From assembly GCA_002104945.1 (NCBI GenBank), contig MCFH01000015.1, forward strand, positions 434,001-498,000: DNA of 64,000 nucleotides. The letters run 5' to 3'. Positions 11,936-24,671 of this stretch are shown one piece after another; position 1 is the first letter of the stretch; every line of letters begins with the position of its first letter. Below the pieces are notes generated by a model. The model made no database searches. It was not told the origin of the DNA and worked only from the letters and a program-made list of their open reading frames with translations. The stretch is from Piromyces finnis finn. Taxonomy: Eukaryota; Fungi; Neocallimastigomycota. Position numbers and translations under genes: made by a program.

Positions 11936-13738
11936 TTAATATCATCATAATAGGATTAAGAAAAAATCAATCATATCTACACCTACCATGAAATATTAAT
12001 AAAAAAAATTTAAGATGTAAAAAATACCAGCAACATCAAATCAGTACTAAACAATCGATCGATTATAATTATCATTATAATTTACACCTATACGATTTAA
12101 CAATTTTTTTTTTATTTATTTATTCTTTTATAGTAACAATAAATATTTAATAATAATATTATAGTAAAAAAAAAAAAAAAAAGTAATAAAAATTAACAGC
12201 AAATAATAAAGCAATATCCTAAACACAAAATAAAAATGAAAAAACAAATATCATCTCAAAAAAAAAAAAAAATAAAAAAAAATTAAAAAATAAATAAATA
12301 AAATAAAGCAAATTATTTACAAAATATAGCAACGTTAATATTATATAATATAATAAAAAAATATAAAAATCAAAACAAAAACGAAAACAAAAACAAAAAT
12401 TAAAAAAAAAAAAAAAAAAAAAAAGAGTGAAAGAAAAACAAATTATTTAATATACAATATACAATATACCTTTTTTTTTTTTTTTTTTTTTTAAATACCA
12501 ATTTTTTTATTTTTAATAAAAATATAATAATATCATATATAATTAAAAATTGATAAAAAAAAAGAGAAAAGAAAAGAAAGAAAAATAGACATCATAGCAT
12601 ATAATTTTTTTTTTATTATTAGTTTTCCTTTTTTTTTTTTTTAAGTAATTAAAAATAAAGATTAATTTTTTAAATTTAAATAGTAAAAAAAAAAAAAAAA
12701 AAGAATCTAGAAAAAATAGTATCCTTTTTTTAGTAGTTAGTTTTTCTTTTTTTTTTTTTTTTTAACCTTATTATTTTTTTTTCTTAAAGAAAAATTCAAA
12801 GTTTATTATTGTAATTGTTTTATGTACTTTATTTTAATAAAAAATTCATTATTCTTAATATAGCGTAGTTGAGTTTTTTTTTCATTTCAGTTATAAAAAA
12901 AAAAAAAAAAAAAGCATTCACCTAACGTGATCAATATAATCTTTTGTTATTACCAACTATTCTATAAGAATATTAATAAAAGTTAAAAAGTTTTAACGAA
13001 AAAAAAAAAAAAAGTTTAATTTTTTTTTATATACAAAAAGAAATATTTAATTTTTTTTTCAAAAGTGTCAATAAGAGTATAATAACCAACTAACTAACTA
13101 AATAAATAACTAAATAAATGAACGAATAAATAAATTAATAAATGAATGAATGAATAAATAAATAAATAAAACTACACTACAAAAAACTAGTTTATAATCA
13201 TTTTTTCAAATTTAATTAATCCAAAATTTTAAGAAAATTAATGGATATACCATAAAATTAATTCATTATATTAATTTACCATCAATGTAATTAAAAAGGT
13301 TATATTTGATGTATATTTGAACAAAAAGAAAAACTTTATTTTTTATATTCATACCATACCATTCATATATCATCAAGTATTGATTTGTTAAATAGTTTTT
13401 TTTTTTTTTTTATGAAATTAATTTTTTTAAACTAAACTTTAATAATCTTAAAATATAATAACATCACATTTTTGAATGTCTTTTATTTTTTAAAAAAATA
13501 TTTTTTTTAGGTGAAAAATATAAAGCATATAAAAAGTAGTATTTAGCTCTAGATATTCTAAGTTAGAAAAAAAAAACGAATAAACAGTTAGAAATCAAAT
13601 ATACAAAAATAAAACTAATTCATTGTTACATAAAGTATAAGTAATATAATTTATAATATAAAGTTTTTTTTTTTTTTTTTTTTTTAAGAAAAAAATTTAT
13701 GAATATTCAAGTAAGTAAAAAGAAAAAATAAAAACAAA

Positions 13739-15413
13739 ATGGATAAAGTAAATACTTTAAAATCAGAAATAAGACTATGGGAAAAGAAATTTATTAAAAA
13801 AAATGGTAGAAAACCTTTAAAATCAGATATTGCCAATGATAAAACAATTGGTAAATGTACTTTTTTTTAATAATATTAATATAAATATAATATGTCCCAT
13901 TCTTTTATTAATTAATTTGATTATAAAAAAAGAGAAAATATTGAATTATAATGAAACCAATTTAATTAACAATAACAACAAAAAATAATAATAATAATTA
14001 AAAAAGATTTCTTTTAATTAATTATAATTTTATTACTCTGCTATTTCCATTTTATTATATTGTCATATATTTTAAAAATGTTTATTATTTTCTTCATTAT
14101 GAATCCGATTTTTTTTTTAATTTTAAAAATGAATATGAATATAATAGTAAAAAAATATGAAAAATATAAGAAATTAAAAAAGAATTTAGAAAATCAACAT
14201 TCTGTTAGTATAGAGGAAAAAAATAAATCATCACATCATCATTCTATAACAAAAAAAAGTCATAGTGATAATGAAGAAGATCATTTATCCTCCAAAAAAC
14301 AACAACAACATTCATCCCAAAATAAAAAAGCTTTAACTCGTTCTAAATCTCTTAATCAAATACCAAATGGTAAATCCTCCCATCACACAAAAACAGATAA
14401 AAAGACTGGAAATTCTAGAAAAACAAATCAAAGTAGCAATAAATCTAAAGTTTTAGTAGTAAAATCACCGAATGAAGCGTTTTCTTCTTTTTCACCAAAT
14501 AAAAAAAATACTGGATATAATCATTCAAAGAAAAAGAAAAATAATTTTAATTCAGATTCCGAATCGGATTCATCCTCTAATGATTTTGATGAGGATTCTA
14601 ATATAGAATCGTCTACTCAAACCTTAACAGAAGATGAAAAATTAAGTGAAGAAGAAGAAGAAGAAGAAGTAGAAGAAGTAGAATTCTTAAACGAAAAACA
14701 GGATAGACCTAAAATTAAAAAATCATGGACAGTAAAAGAAAAAAATAGTCATTCTGAAAGTGATAGTAGTCATAGTAGTAGTGATGATGATGACAATGAT
14801 TTAGGATCGGAAACAGAAGTTCAAGATATGGATAGTGAAGAAATAGAAGAGGAAATTATTGAATCCCACCATCGTCATCGTCATCATTCTGATACAGAGA
14901 GTTCTGAAGATGAAGAAGATGAAGATGATGAAGATGATGAAAGTTGGAGTGATGAAGATGAGGATTCAAGTCATAAATTAAATCAAAAAAAGAGAAATAA
15001 AACAAGAATTAAAAATAAAACCAAATCATTAAAAAAATCTAATTCCAAATTAAATAAAGATCAGTTAAAATCTAACCATAAAACAAAAGAAGGATACTCT
15101 TCTAAACAAAAGAATTCTAAACAAAATACTAGTGCCAATACATTAGTCGATAAACATATAAATAAAAAAGATGGCATAACAACAAAAAAGAAAAATAATA
15201 ATAAATCAGCAAAACGAAAATCTAAAAATGATGAAGAGGAACAACAATCTAATGAACCTCGTGTATTAGACATTATTAATATCACTCCAGAAGATATATA
15301 TAAGTAAGAGAATCTTTTTTTTTTTTTTTTTCATTATTATAATAAATAATAAATAATAGGAAACATTTTTTTTAATTTAATTATAACTTTTATTAATTTC
15401 ATAAAAAAAATAA

Positions 15414-15479
<66 letters not shown>

Positions 15480-17065
15480 ATTTTCCCTCAATATACTAAT
15501 ATAAATTTAATATTAATAATAATAATTGTTATTAAAATTTATTACAATTATTATTTTCAATATTATCTGTCGTTGTGTAATTTTTTTCATTATAAATTAA
15601 AAGTCGTACTCCTGTTACCGGTGTACTACGGTTACGTATTGTACGTCAATATGAAACCCTTGTAGATCGAATATACCCTCGTTTTGCTCTTTATAATCTA
15701 TCGAACGGCCCTACCGGTTTACAAATTATGAAAAGAAATAAAAATAGTTTACCTTTACCTCCACCAATTCTCTTGGCTCGTCGCCGTAAAAAATGTTCTA
15801 AACCAAATTATATCATTAGTCGTAATACGGATCAAACCGTACGTAAAACAAAAGAAAATTACGTTGCTACTCTAAGGTAAAAATAAAATTAAAAAAAAAA
15901 AAAGAATAAATAAATGATACTATTATCATTTAATGAAATCAATATGATCAATTAAACTGAAGCTATAAAAAAAAAAAACCTATTGATTTATTATTAATTT
16001 TTTTATAGGTATTGTAAAGAACATTCCTTATATATGTTATTAGATTCTAGAAAATATAATCCAAAACTACCAAATAAAGGTTTAAAAACATCATCCCTTA
16101 TACGTTTTGTAAGAATTTAGAATGAATATTTATGTTTTTTTTTTTTTTTACTTTATATATATATTCCATAATAAAAATAAAAAGAAAAAATAAAATTTAG
16201 ATACTAATGAGATATATTTTTAATTTTTTTTTGTTTAATTCATTCATAATAGACAAACTTAACTAATCATAATGTATTTGTTGCAACACCTGGCCTTTTC
16301 TATGATACAACGAAAGTAAAAATTATATTTGAAATATATATATATATATAAATATATTAGTATTTTTTTTAACATTCTTGTTTCTACATATCATTCCAAA
16401 GCCAATACCAGATATTTTAAATGATGTTGATTTTGAAAATGAAGATAATTTATTCTTTTTAAATAGTAATCCAGGACCAACACGTAACTATCATATTAAA
16501 TAGTAACATATTATAAAAATTTTTTTATTAAAGTAAATATTTAAATAAATATTTATATTTATATAAAAAAAAAAAAACATATCTACCTATTTAAATTTTT
16601 TTTATATTCCAAAGGTCCTAGAATTAATAGTGGAAAATTTGGTTCGAAAAAATTTGATATTAATAAACCATGCAATAAATATCGTAATCTTAATTTTACG
16701 GAAACTTCAGGAGGTAATAAATAAAAAAAAATAAATTTTAATTTTTATTTTAAAGGAAGAAGAAATAATATTGTTTTTCTATAATATTTAATCATACAAT
16801 AAAAGCATTAATTTATTTAAAAATTTATTAAAAATATGAATAATAACACTTAATTTTAGAATTCTTCTTTAGTAATTATCACCAAAGAAAATATAATCCA
16901 GAGCTTTCTATTAATGATAATAATCAACCTAAACCAATCTTATTTAGTTTTGAACAAATGAATTCTACAGATTATACTGTGGATGTTATGCATCCACTCA
17001 CTCCTTTGGAAGGATTTTCAATTGCATTATCAATTATTTCTGAAATGATAGAAAATAAAAATTAA
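13739..17065 (+). CDS. Divergent Tubby-like protein (TULP family) with N-terminal Sld2/RECQL4-N-like motif and long charged disordered linker
   Basis: Exons 1-2 give MDKVNTLKSEIRLWEKKFIKKNGRKPLKSDIANDKTIVKKYEKYKKLK. Exons from 15604 give YPRFALY..ILLARRRKKCSKPNYIIS..NYVATLR. The last exon gives FSFEQMNSTDYTVDVMHPLTPLEGFSIALSII, matching the Tubby C-terminal pattern. The intron junction at 15302/15604 is in frame. Stop at 17063-17065. Confidence 0.8.
15418..15477. repeat. (ATT)n microsatellite in intron
   Basis: About 20 perfect ATT units. Confidence 0.95.
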
Positions 17066-18384
17066 AATAGATTTAAAATAATAATAATAATAAAAAGATG
17101 AAGAAATAGACATAATATACACAAATTAATTATTAAAAAAAAAAAAAAAAGAAAATAAGACATTCATTAATAATATTAAATAAAATATAAATGATATTCA
17201 ATATTTCTCTTGAACTATCAATGTTTTTTTTTTTTTTTTTTTTAACTTTTTTTATATAAATTAAGGGTTATTGATAAATAATTTTTTTGATTAAAAAGAT
17301 TATTTTTTAAAATATATACATATATATTGTTATTATTGTTATATTTACATATTTATATATATTTTCAATATGCAGTAGTAATGAAAAAAAAAAAAAAAAA
17401 AAAAAAAAAAAAGCATTTAACGTTTTATTTTTGAATTAAATTAGTTTCATTTTTTTTTTCTATCTATCTGCATTATTAAAAATATTAGATATGTATTTTC
17501 AATAGAGTTCTTTATTAAGATTATAATAAATAGAAGCAGCACTTTATATTTAAAAGTAAATAAGAGAATTTAAAATTTTTAAAGTTTTACATTTTACATT
17601 ATTATTATTTTTTTTAATAAATGATAATCTGGCTGTTTTAATGTTGTGTATAATTTCTTTAATTTTACATATTAGTTTCACCATATATGTATTATTATCA
17701 TATTATCATTTATTATTACTATTATTACCATTATAATAATATTATTACTAGTATTTTTATTCTTTTTTATTCACTCTTAAAAATTTATTTAATTATTATT
17801 ATTATTATTATTTTTTTTTTTTATGAAAAAAAAATTTTTTTTCAAAGTGACAAATTTTAAAAACTATAAAAAATAGAAATATTTAACGTTTTGACTTTCT
17901 GTTTAATAAAAGCTTTAAAAACAAAAATTATAAAATAAGATTATAGATTTATTTAAATCTGGTTATAATAATTTAAAGTATAAAATAATAATTAAAACAG
18001 TAAGCTTTTTTTCTTCTTCATTTTGTTTTTGTATATATAATAATTTTTATTTTTAAAGTTTTAACTACAATTACCTACCTACTTATTATGATTTAATTAT
18101 CATTTATTACTACTTCATTAAATAATAAAATAAGAATAAGAAGAATATAAAATAAAAAAAAAACTTTTTTTAATCATTTAGATATTTTAATGTTTATATT
18201 TTTAATTTATTTATTGTATAATAATTATTATTGAAGAAAAAATTGTTTAAATAATTAAAAATATATATATATAAAATTGAATATAATAGCATATAATAGC
18301 ATATAATAGCATATAAAGAATAAAAAAAAAAAAAAGGAAAGGCATCGCATTATCATTTTTCAAAGATTAAAGAAATAAAAAAAA

Positions 18385-19425
18385 ATGGCAACATCATTTC
18401 CTGTTGGGGTTTACCCTCCATTTAATAGTCGCTCTACTCGAACTTTTCCTACTACATGTAATGAAAAAAAATATCAGTAGTATTTTACAAACATATTGAA
18501 ATATTATATATATATAGACATTTTTATCTTTTCATTCACATTTAATTATGATGTATAAATATTATAATAAAATAAAAAGATTTTATTTTTTATTAATTTA
18601 ATTTTCAATATTTTTTTTTCATTTTAACTAGCAAGGAAATCGGAGACTCATGATACATCTGTTAAAAAAAGGTTCATAATATATATATATATATATATTT
18701 TCAATTTAATTATACAATAATTTTTCTTTTCGATATATATAAAATAAATGATATTTAATTAACCGTTAATTATATTTGTCATTTTTTCTAAAATTTTTTT
18801 AATAGAGTATTAAATTCTAAAACTACAAAAGAAGCTTCTGATGATTATATACGAAATCTTCAACAACAAATTTATTTATTAGAATTGGAAACAAGATATT
18901 TGTAATATTCAATATTATTATATAAAAAATCTTTATTAATATATATATATATTTAAAATTACTGAATGAATTGTTATTATATATACACCTAAATTTGGAA
19001 ACCTATTCAATTATTAATTTAATTATTGTATTATTAGACGAAGTTCAAAAGGTAGTACTATGAAATACACTACTAAATACTAAATATTAATATTCTTTTA
19101 CAACATATTTTATTTCCTACATTATTAATTGATATATTATACATAGCAAGAGGTGAATGTGGAAATTTAAATGGTCGAAATGAAAACGGCGGTAATTCAG
19201 CTACTGCAGAATTTGAATCAATGATTAACAATAATTCTTCTTCTCTTAATGATGTTCTTAATGGGCTTAAATATAAATATGTTGAATTACAAGAAAAAAA
19301 TAAACAAGATTTAAAAGTATTCCTATAATAGAATTTAAATGAAATAAATTAACTAAAAAAAAGAGAAAATAAAATTTAACCTAACGTTATTTATTATATA
19401 TCAAATAATAATAATAATAATAAAC

Positions 19426-19462
<37 letters not shown>

Positions 19463-19610
19463 TTAAAAGATGAAACAGATAGAATTAAAGGAGAAAATGC
19501 TAAAAAAGACATGGAATTAGGAAAAAAAAATGAAGAAATTGACATGTTAAGAAATGAAATTAATTTATTAAAAGGTAATATATATGATGTTTAATAATCC
19601 CAATTTATTC

Positions 19611-19645
<35 letters not shown>

Positions 19646-21350
19646 GGAAATGTAATTTTAATAGTGCATTTTGAAATTTTTGAAAAAAAGATTAATAATT
19701 TATTTCTAACTATATTAAAATGCCTGAAATATATATATATATATTATTTATATTATAAAGAACATAATATTGATGAAAAAAAGGATCTTTCTAATGAAAA
19801 TATTGACTTGAAGAAAAAATTAGAAAATATTAATTCAGAAGTTTCTCGATCTGATCTTTCATATAAAAGAATACTAAAAGAAAAAGAAGAAATTTTAAAT
19901 ACATTGAATACTTTGCGAATGGAGTATTCTTCTGCAAACGAAAAATGTGAAGATCTTGCCAATATTAATGAACATTTAAAACAAAAAATTACAGATTTAG
20001 AAAAAGAAATAGAAGATTTAAAAGTAATTTTCTTAAAAAAAGAAATGGCATAATAATAATAATAACAATATTAATAATAATAAATTTTTTATGGTTCATT
20101 TATTTATCAAATTATTTTTATATTCAATAAATTTTTCAAAAAGGAAAAAAATTTAGAACAGGCAAATATAATATCAAATATTGATTTAGATGCAAGACAA
20201 CTTTTAATAGATTCAATACAGGTAAGATATTTTATTTATAATTTTATGAATAGAAAAATAATTTCCATATGATAGAAAAAAATAATAATATATAATACGT
20301 ATATTTTATATAAAAAAAAACAATTTAATAATAAATATATATAGAAAGAAAAAATAAAATTAATGGCAAATATGAAAAAACTTGAAGTTGCATATGCTGA
20401 AGAAAAACAATTAAGAGATAAGGTTATTAATGATAGAGATAAAATAATAGAAGAAAATGTATCCTTAAATAATCAAATTGAAGAATTGAAAAGAAAATTA
20501 GAAAGTGTAATTGAAAAAAATAATAAAATATTATTTATTAATTGTTTTTTTTTTTAAAAAAAAAAGATAAAAAAAGAAAGACGGAATGAATTAACTCTTT
20601 TTTTATATATATAACTTTCAATATTTTTATTTACTTTAGGATATAAAAAAGGGAGATGAATCTTTTAATCAAAGGAGAATTGCTATGCAAAGTGTTGAAA
20701 AAATGCAAAAACAAGTCGATAAATATAAAGATGAAGTCGATACTCTAAAAATTGCTAATGATACAAAAGAAAAACGTATAATGGAATTAAAAGAAAAATT
20801 ATCTAATCAAGAAAATACTGTCAATAAGGTTTTAGAATCTAAAGCTGTATATGAAGATACAATTTCAGAAATAAAATCAAGATTGAATAAAGCTGAAGAA
20901 CAACTTACCAAAGCGTCTAATGATAAAATGTAAGAAACTTTTTTATAGTATTTTTTTTTTTATTTTAAAAAAAATATATGTAATATAATGTAAATTTATT
21001 AATGCTTTTTTTTTTATTATATATAATAATTTTTTCATTCTTTTCTCAACAACACAACAACAAAAAAAAAAAGTAACTTACAAAATGAAAATGAAACTTT
21101 GAAAAAGAGTATTAATCATCAAAGAAATGAAGTTAATAGATTAAATAAGGATTTAGATACTGTTCATAAAAAATTAAAGGAATATAAGAATGACAGAAAT
21201 GCAAATAAAGAAATCAAACAACTTATAGATCAAATTGAATCCTCTGGTGACAATTATATAAGACTTATGAGAAGTGTAAAATCATGTTTAGATAAAACAA
21301 AAGATGAATCCATGTCTTCCATTGATATATTTTTAAATAGTAATGATTAA
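18385..21350 (+). CDS. Multi-exon long coiled-coil protein of unknown function
   Basis: About 10 in-frame exons starting MATSFPVGVYPPFNSR. Contains DDYIRNLQQQIYLLELETRYL followed by heptad-rich E/K/L/N exons (ORFs 19664, 20363, 20685, 21099). Stop at 21348-21350. Confidence 0.75.
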
Positions 21351-21560
21351 AAATAATAATAATAATAATAATAATAAAAACAACAATGAATATAATGATA
21401 TATTCAGTATCATTAGGAAAATTGATAATATTACTTAATCTATTAGCATCATCAAATAATAATTTTATTACAAAAAAATACCTCAAAACCTATTATTTAA
21501 TTTTTATATAAAAACATTAATATTATCACAAAATTATTTAAATAAACTTAAATTGTAACG

Positions 21561-21591
<31 letters not shown>

Positions 21592-22117
21592 CATAAGCAT
21601 AGGCGATAATTATTATTTTTGATAGTGAATTATAAATGATAATAATTATACTAATAAATATTATTTCTTTTATACATATGTTTTTTACATGAAGACTCTT
21701 TTTTATAAATTTATATTATTTATTATTATAAAATAAATAAATAAACAAATAAATAAATAAATAAATAAATAAAATATCAATTAAATAAAAGAATGAAAAA
21801 TAACATATATATTAATATATTATTATTTATTTATTAAATATTAAATATATGTATATATGTATTATTTAATAAACAAATTTATCTTTCAAAAAAAAAAAAA
21901 AAAAAAAGATTTCAAAATCCCAATTTTTAAAAAGTAAAATATTGAAATTAATAATTTTTATTATAAATTTAACAAATTTTAAATAATATATTTTAATAAT
22001 ATAAATTTAAAATTTTAAAATAACATTTATAACATCGACAATTTGCTTTTTTTTTTTTTTATAATATTATATTTTATAAATTAAGTTTAAAAAAAAAATT
22101 GTAAATAATTTGTAATA

Positions 22118-23638
22118 ATGGATAGTATGGATTTACCATTTTTAATACCTCCATTACCATATGGTCATGTTGAAGATAATGTATATAGAGGAGGGTATCC
22201 TAAGCAACGATATTTAAGATTTTTAAAACGTTTAAAATTAAAAACAATAGTTTCGCTTACTCCAAAACCTGTTGATTATGAACAATTTAAAACATTCTGC
22301 AAAGAACAAAAAATAGAAAATATTCATGTTCGTGTTGAAAAACCAAAAGATTCCCTTCCACTTACATATGCCAAAGTAGCACATATTATTCAAATCATTC
22401 TTGATACTAGTAAACTTCCAATATATGTTCATTGTTTAGACGGTTCTGTGATTACTGGTGTTATTTTCATGTGTTTAAGAAAGCTTCAACTTTGGGATAA
22501 TACTATCATACATATAGAATATAGAAGATATACACGAGATGATGATATTAGTTCGGAAGCCATTAAATTTTTAGAAAAATATAATGGTGAAATTGTTATT
22601 CCAGAAAAAATACCTCATTGGCTTTGGAATGGACAAATACCATTTAAAAAACATCCTACAATGAAAATTCGCTTACCAGATTCACTTGAAACAGAATGTA
22701 AGTATAAAATATATAGATATAGATTTCGTAATAGCATTAAAAATAACTATTTATAAATAATTTTATTTATCGGGGTTTAATATTAAAATTCTTAATTTCA
22801 ATAATCGTTTTATATATATATTAATGGATTTTAATTATTTTTAAATATATATTTTCTTTTTTTTTTTTAATTTACAATTATTAAATATTTTTTTTTATAT
22901 GTAAAAATCAAAACCCGTAATATAAAAACAGCTTCAACAGAAAATACTAGTAGTCAAAATCAAATTAGTAATGACAATTTGGTTAAAGAAAAAACTAGTA
23001 TTAGTAATAGCCAAAAATTACCAAGTAATAACAATAATGAAAGTTCTAGTGATATTAATATCATACAACATAACATTCAAGAAATTGAAAATAATCAAAG
23101 TTTATCTCATTCAAAGTATAATATTCATGAAGCTATGAATGAAGAATTTACAGAAGCTATTAGAAAAAGGATTGATGAAAAAATCAATAATTTACGTAAA
23201 TCAGGAAAATACAAAGCAAATAATGATGAAGAATTACAAACAAGAAATAATAATCATAATAAATCAACCTCTTCAAGAAATAATGAATACGAAAAAATTA
23301 GAAAACCAAGTAATGGTCAAAGATATTATAATAATCGTAATGAAGAAAAAGAAGGTTACAATACAAATAGTGAATATGAATCTAATGATGATCTATATGA
23401 TAGCTACTATAGTGGTACTAACATAAGTGATGATGAATATTCCGATAATGATGATAATTCATCTTATAATGAATATAATGATAATGATGAAGATAAAGAA
23501 GACGAAGATGAAGAAAGTTACTCCAATTTTGGTATGGAGGATCGCTTCAATAAATCATATGATATTGGTGAAATTAATTATCAAAAAATGTCTTTAACAT
23601 TAAAAGCTTTAAATCTGGAAAGTTTAAATACCCATTAA
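22118..23638 (+). CDS. OCA6: Siw14/Oca-family atypical dual-specificity phosphatase, OCA6-like, with acidic C-terminal tail (2 exons)
   Basis: LIPPLPYGHVEDNVYRGGYP..FLKRLKLKTIVSLTP, VHCLDG, CLRKLQLW. The intron 22699-22931 joins ORF 22118 to ORF 22979 in frame. The subfamily assignment is by resemblance. Confidence 0.72.
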
Positions 23639-24244
23639 TATTTATTTTAAACAATCAGTATAACGAAAATAAATATATAATTCATTATTTAAAGAAATTT
23701 TTTTAATACAAAATAATTTGGTAATTATTATTATTATTATTATTATTATTTTTTAATAAAAAAATAAAAAAAAAAAGAAAAGAAAAAAAAGAAAATATAA
23801 TAATATCAAGAATTGAAATGAAAAAAAAAAAAAAAGAAAAAAAATAAATTTAATATAATCAATAATTACATTGTAAATATTCTAAAACAAAATCGCATAT
23901 ATAAATAACATTATCATAACATTGCATTTTAATAAAGGTAAATTTATAAGAGTGAAGTAAGGTTCATATATCATTTAATTCTTTTATTAAAACAAAACTA
24001 TCATATTATTCTATTCTATGTAAAGAATAGAATAAGAAAAAATTAGATACTTTTAAATTATTCAAATTATTATATTAATAAATTTATAAATGAGTAAAAA
24101 AGTATATTTGAAATATATATATATTTATTTTTGCGTTATCCTAAATTTATCATTTATCATAACCATTATAAGTAATATATTATTATTTTTATTATTATTA
24201 TTGATTTTATTATTAATTTTTTATTTTAAATATAATGAAGATAG

Positions 24245-24245
<1 letters not shown>

Positions 24246-24336
<91 letters not shown>
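24246..24336. repeat. (TAT)n microsatellite
   Basis: About 30 perfect units. This is the source of the poly-Leu ORF 24090..24416. Confidence 0.95.
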
Positions 24337-24337
<1 letters not shown>

Positions 24338-24671
24338 TTTAGAAATTATAAACTTTAACTGTTTAGGAATATCTATATTACAATTATTAATATTAATTTT
24401 TTTTTTTAAAAAATGATTATATATCTATGTATCTACTACTATAAACTTCAATAATAGATATATAATATAAAATAATATAATATTGATTATTGAAAACTAT
24501 TGATTTGATTTTAATATAAAATTGATAAGATATGCTGAATCATATATTGACTTTTGAATTATATATGAAATATTAATTAGTGTTATAATTTTTTAAAAAT
24601 TTATATAGTATTCATTTATTATAATTATTCCTCGTATGATTATTTAATGTGTCGAATTTCCTGTTAACTAC

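Noticed and set aside
14060-14147. TTG start and hydrophobic N-terminus of ORF 14060..15307 as a signal peptide
   Set aside because: Intronic. The acceptor at 14147 joins exon 1 in frame and completes the Sld2-like motif.
24090-24416. 108-aa poly-Leu ORF
   Set aside because: Produced by the (TAT)n microsatellite downstream of the BUB2 3' end.
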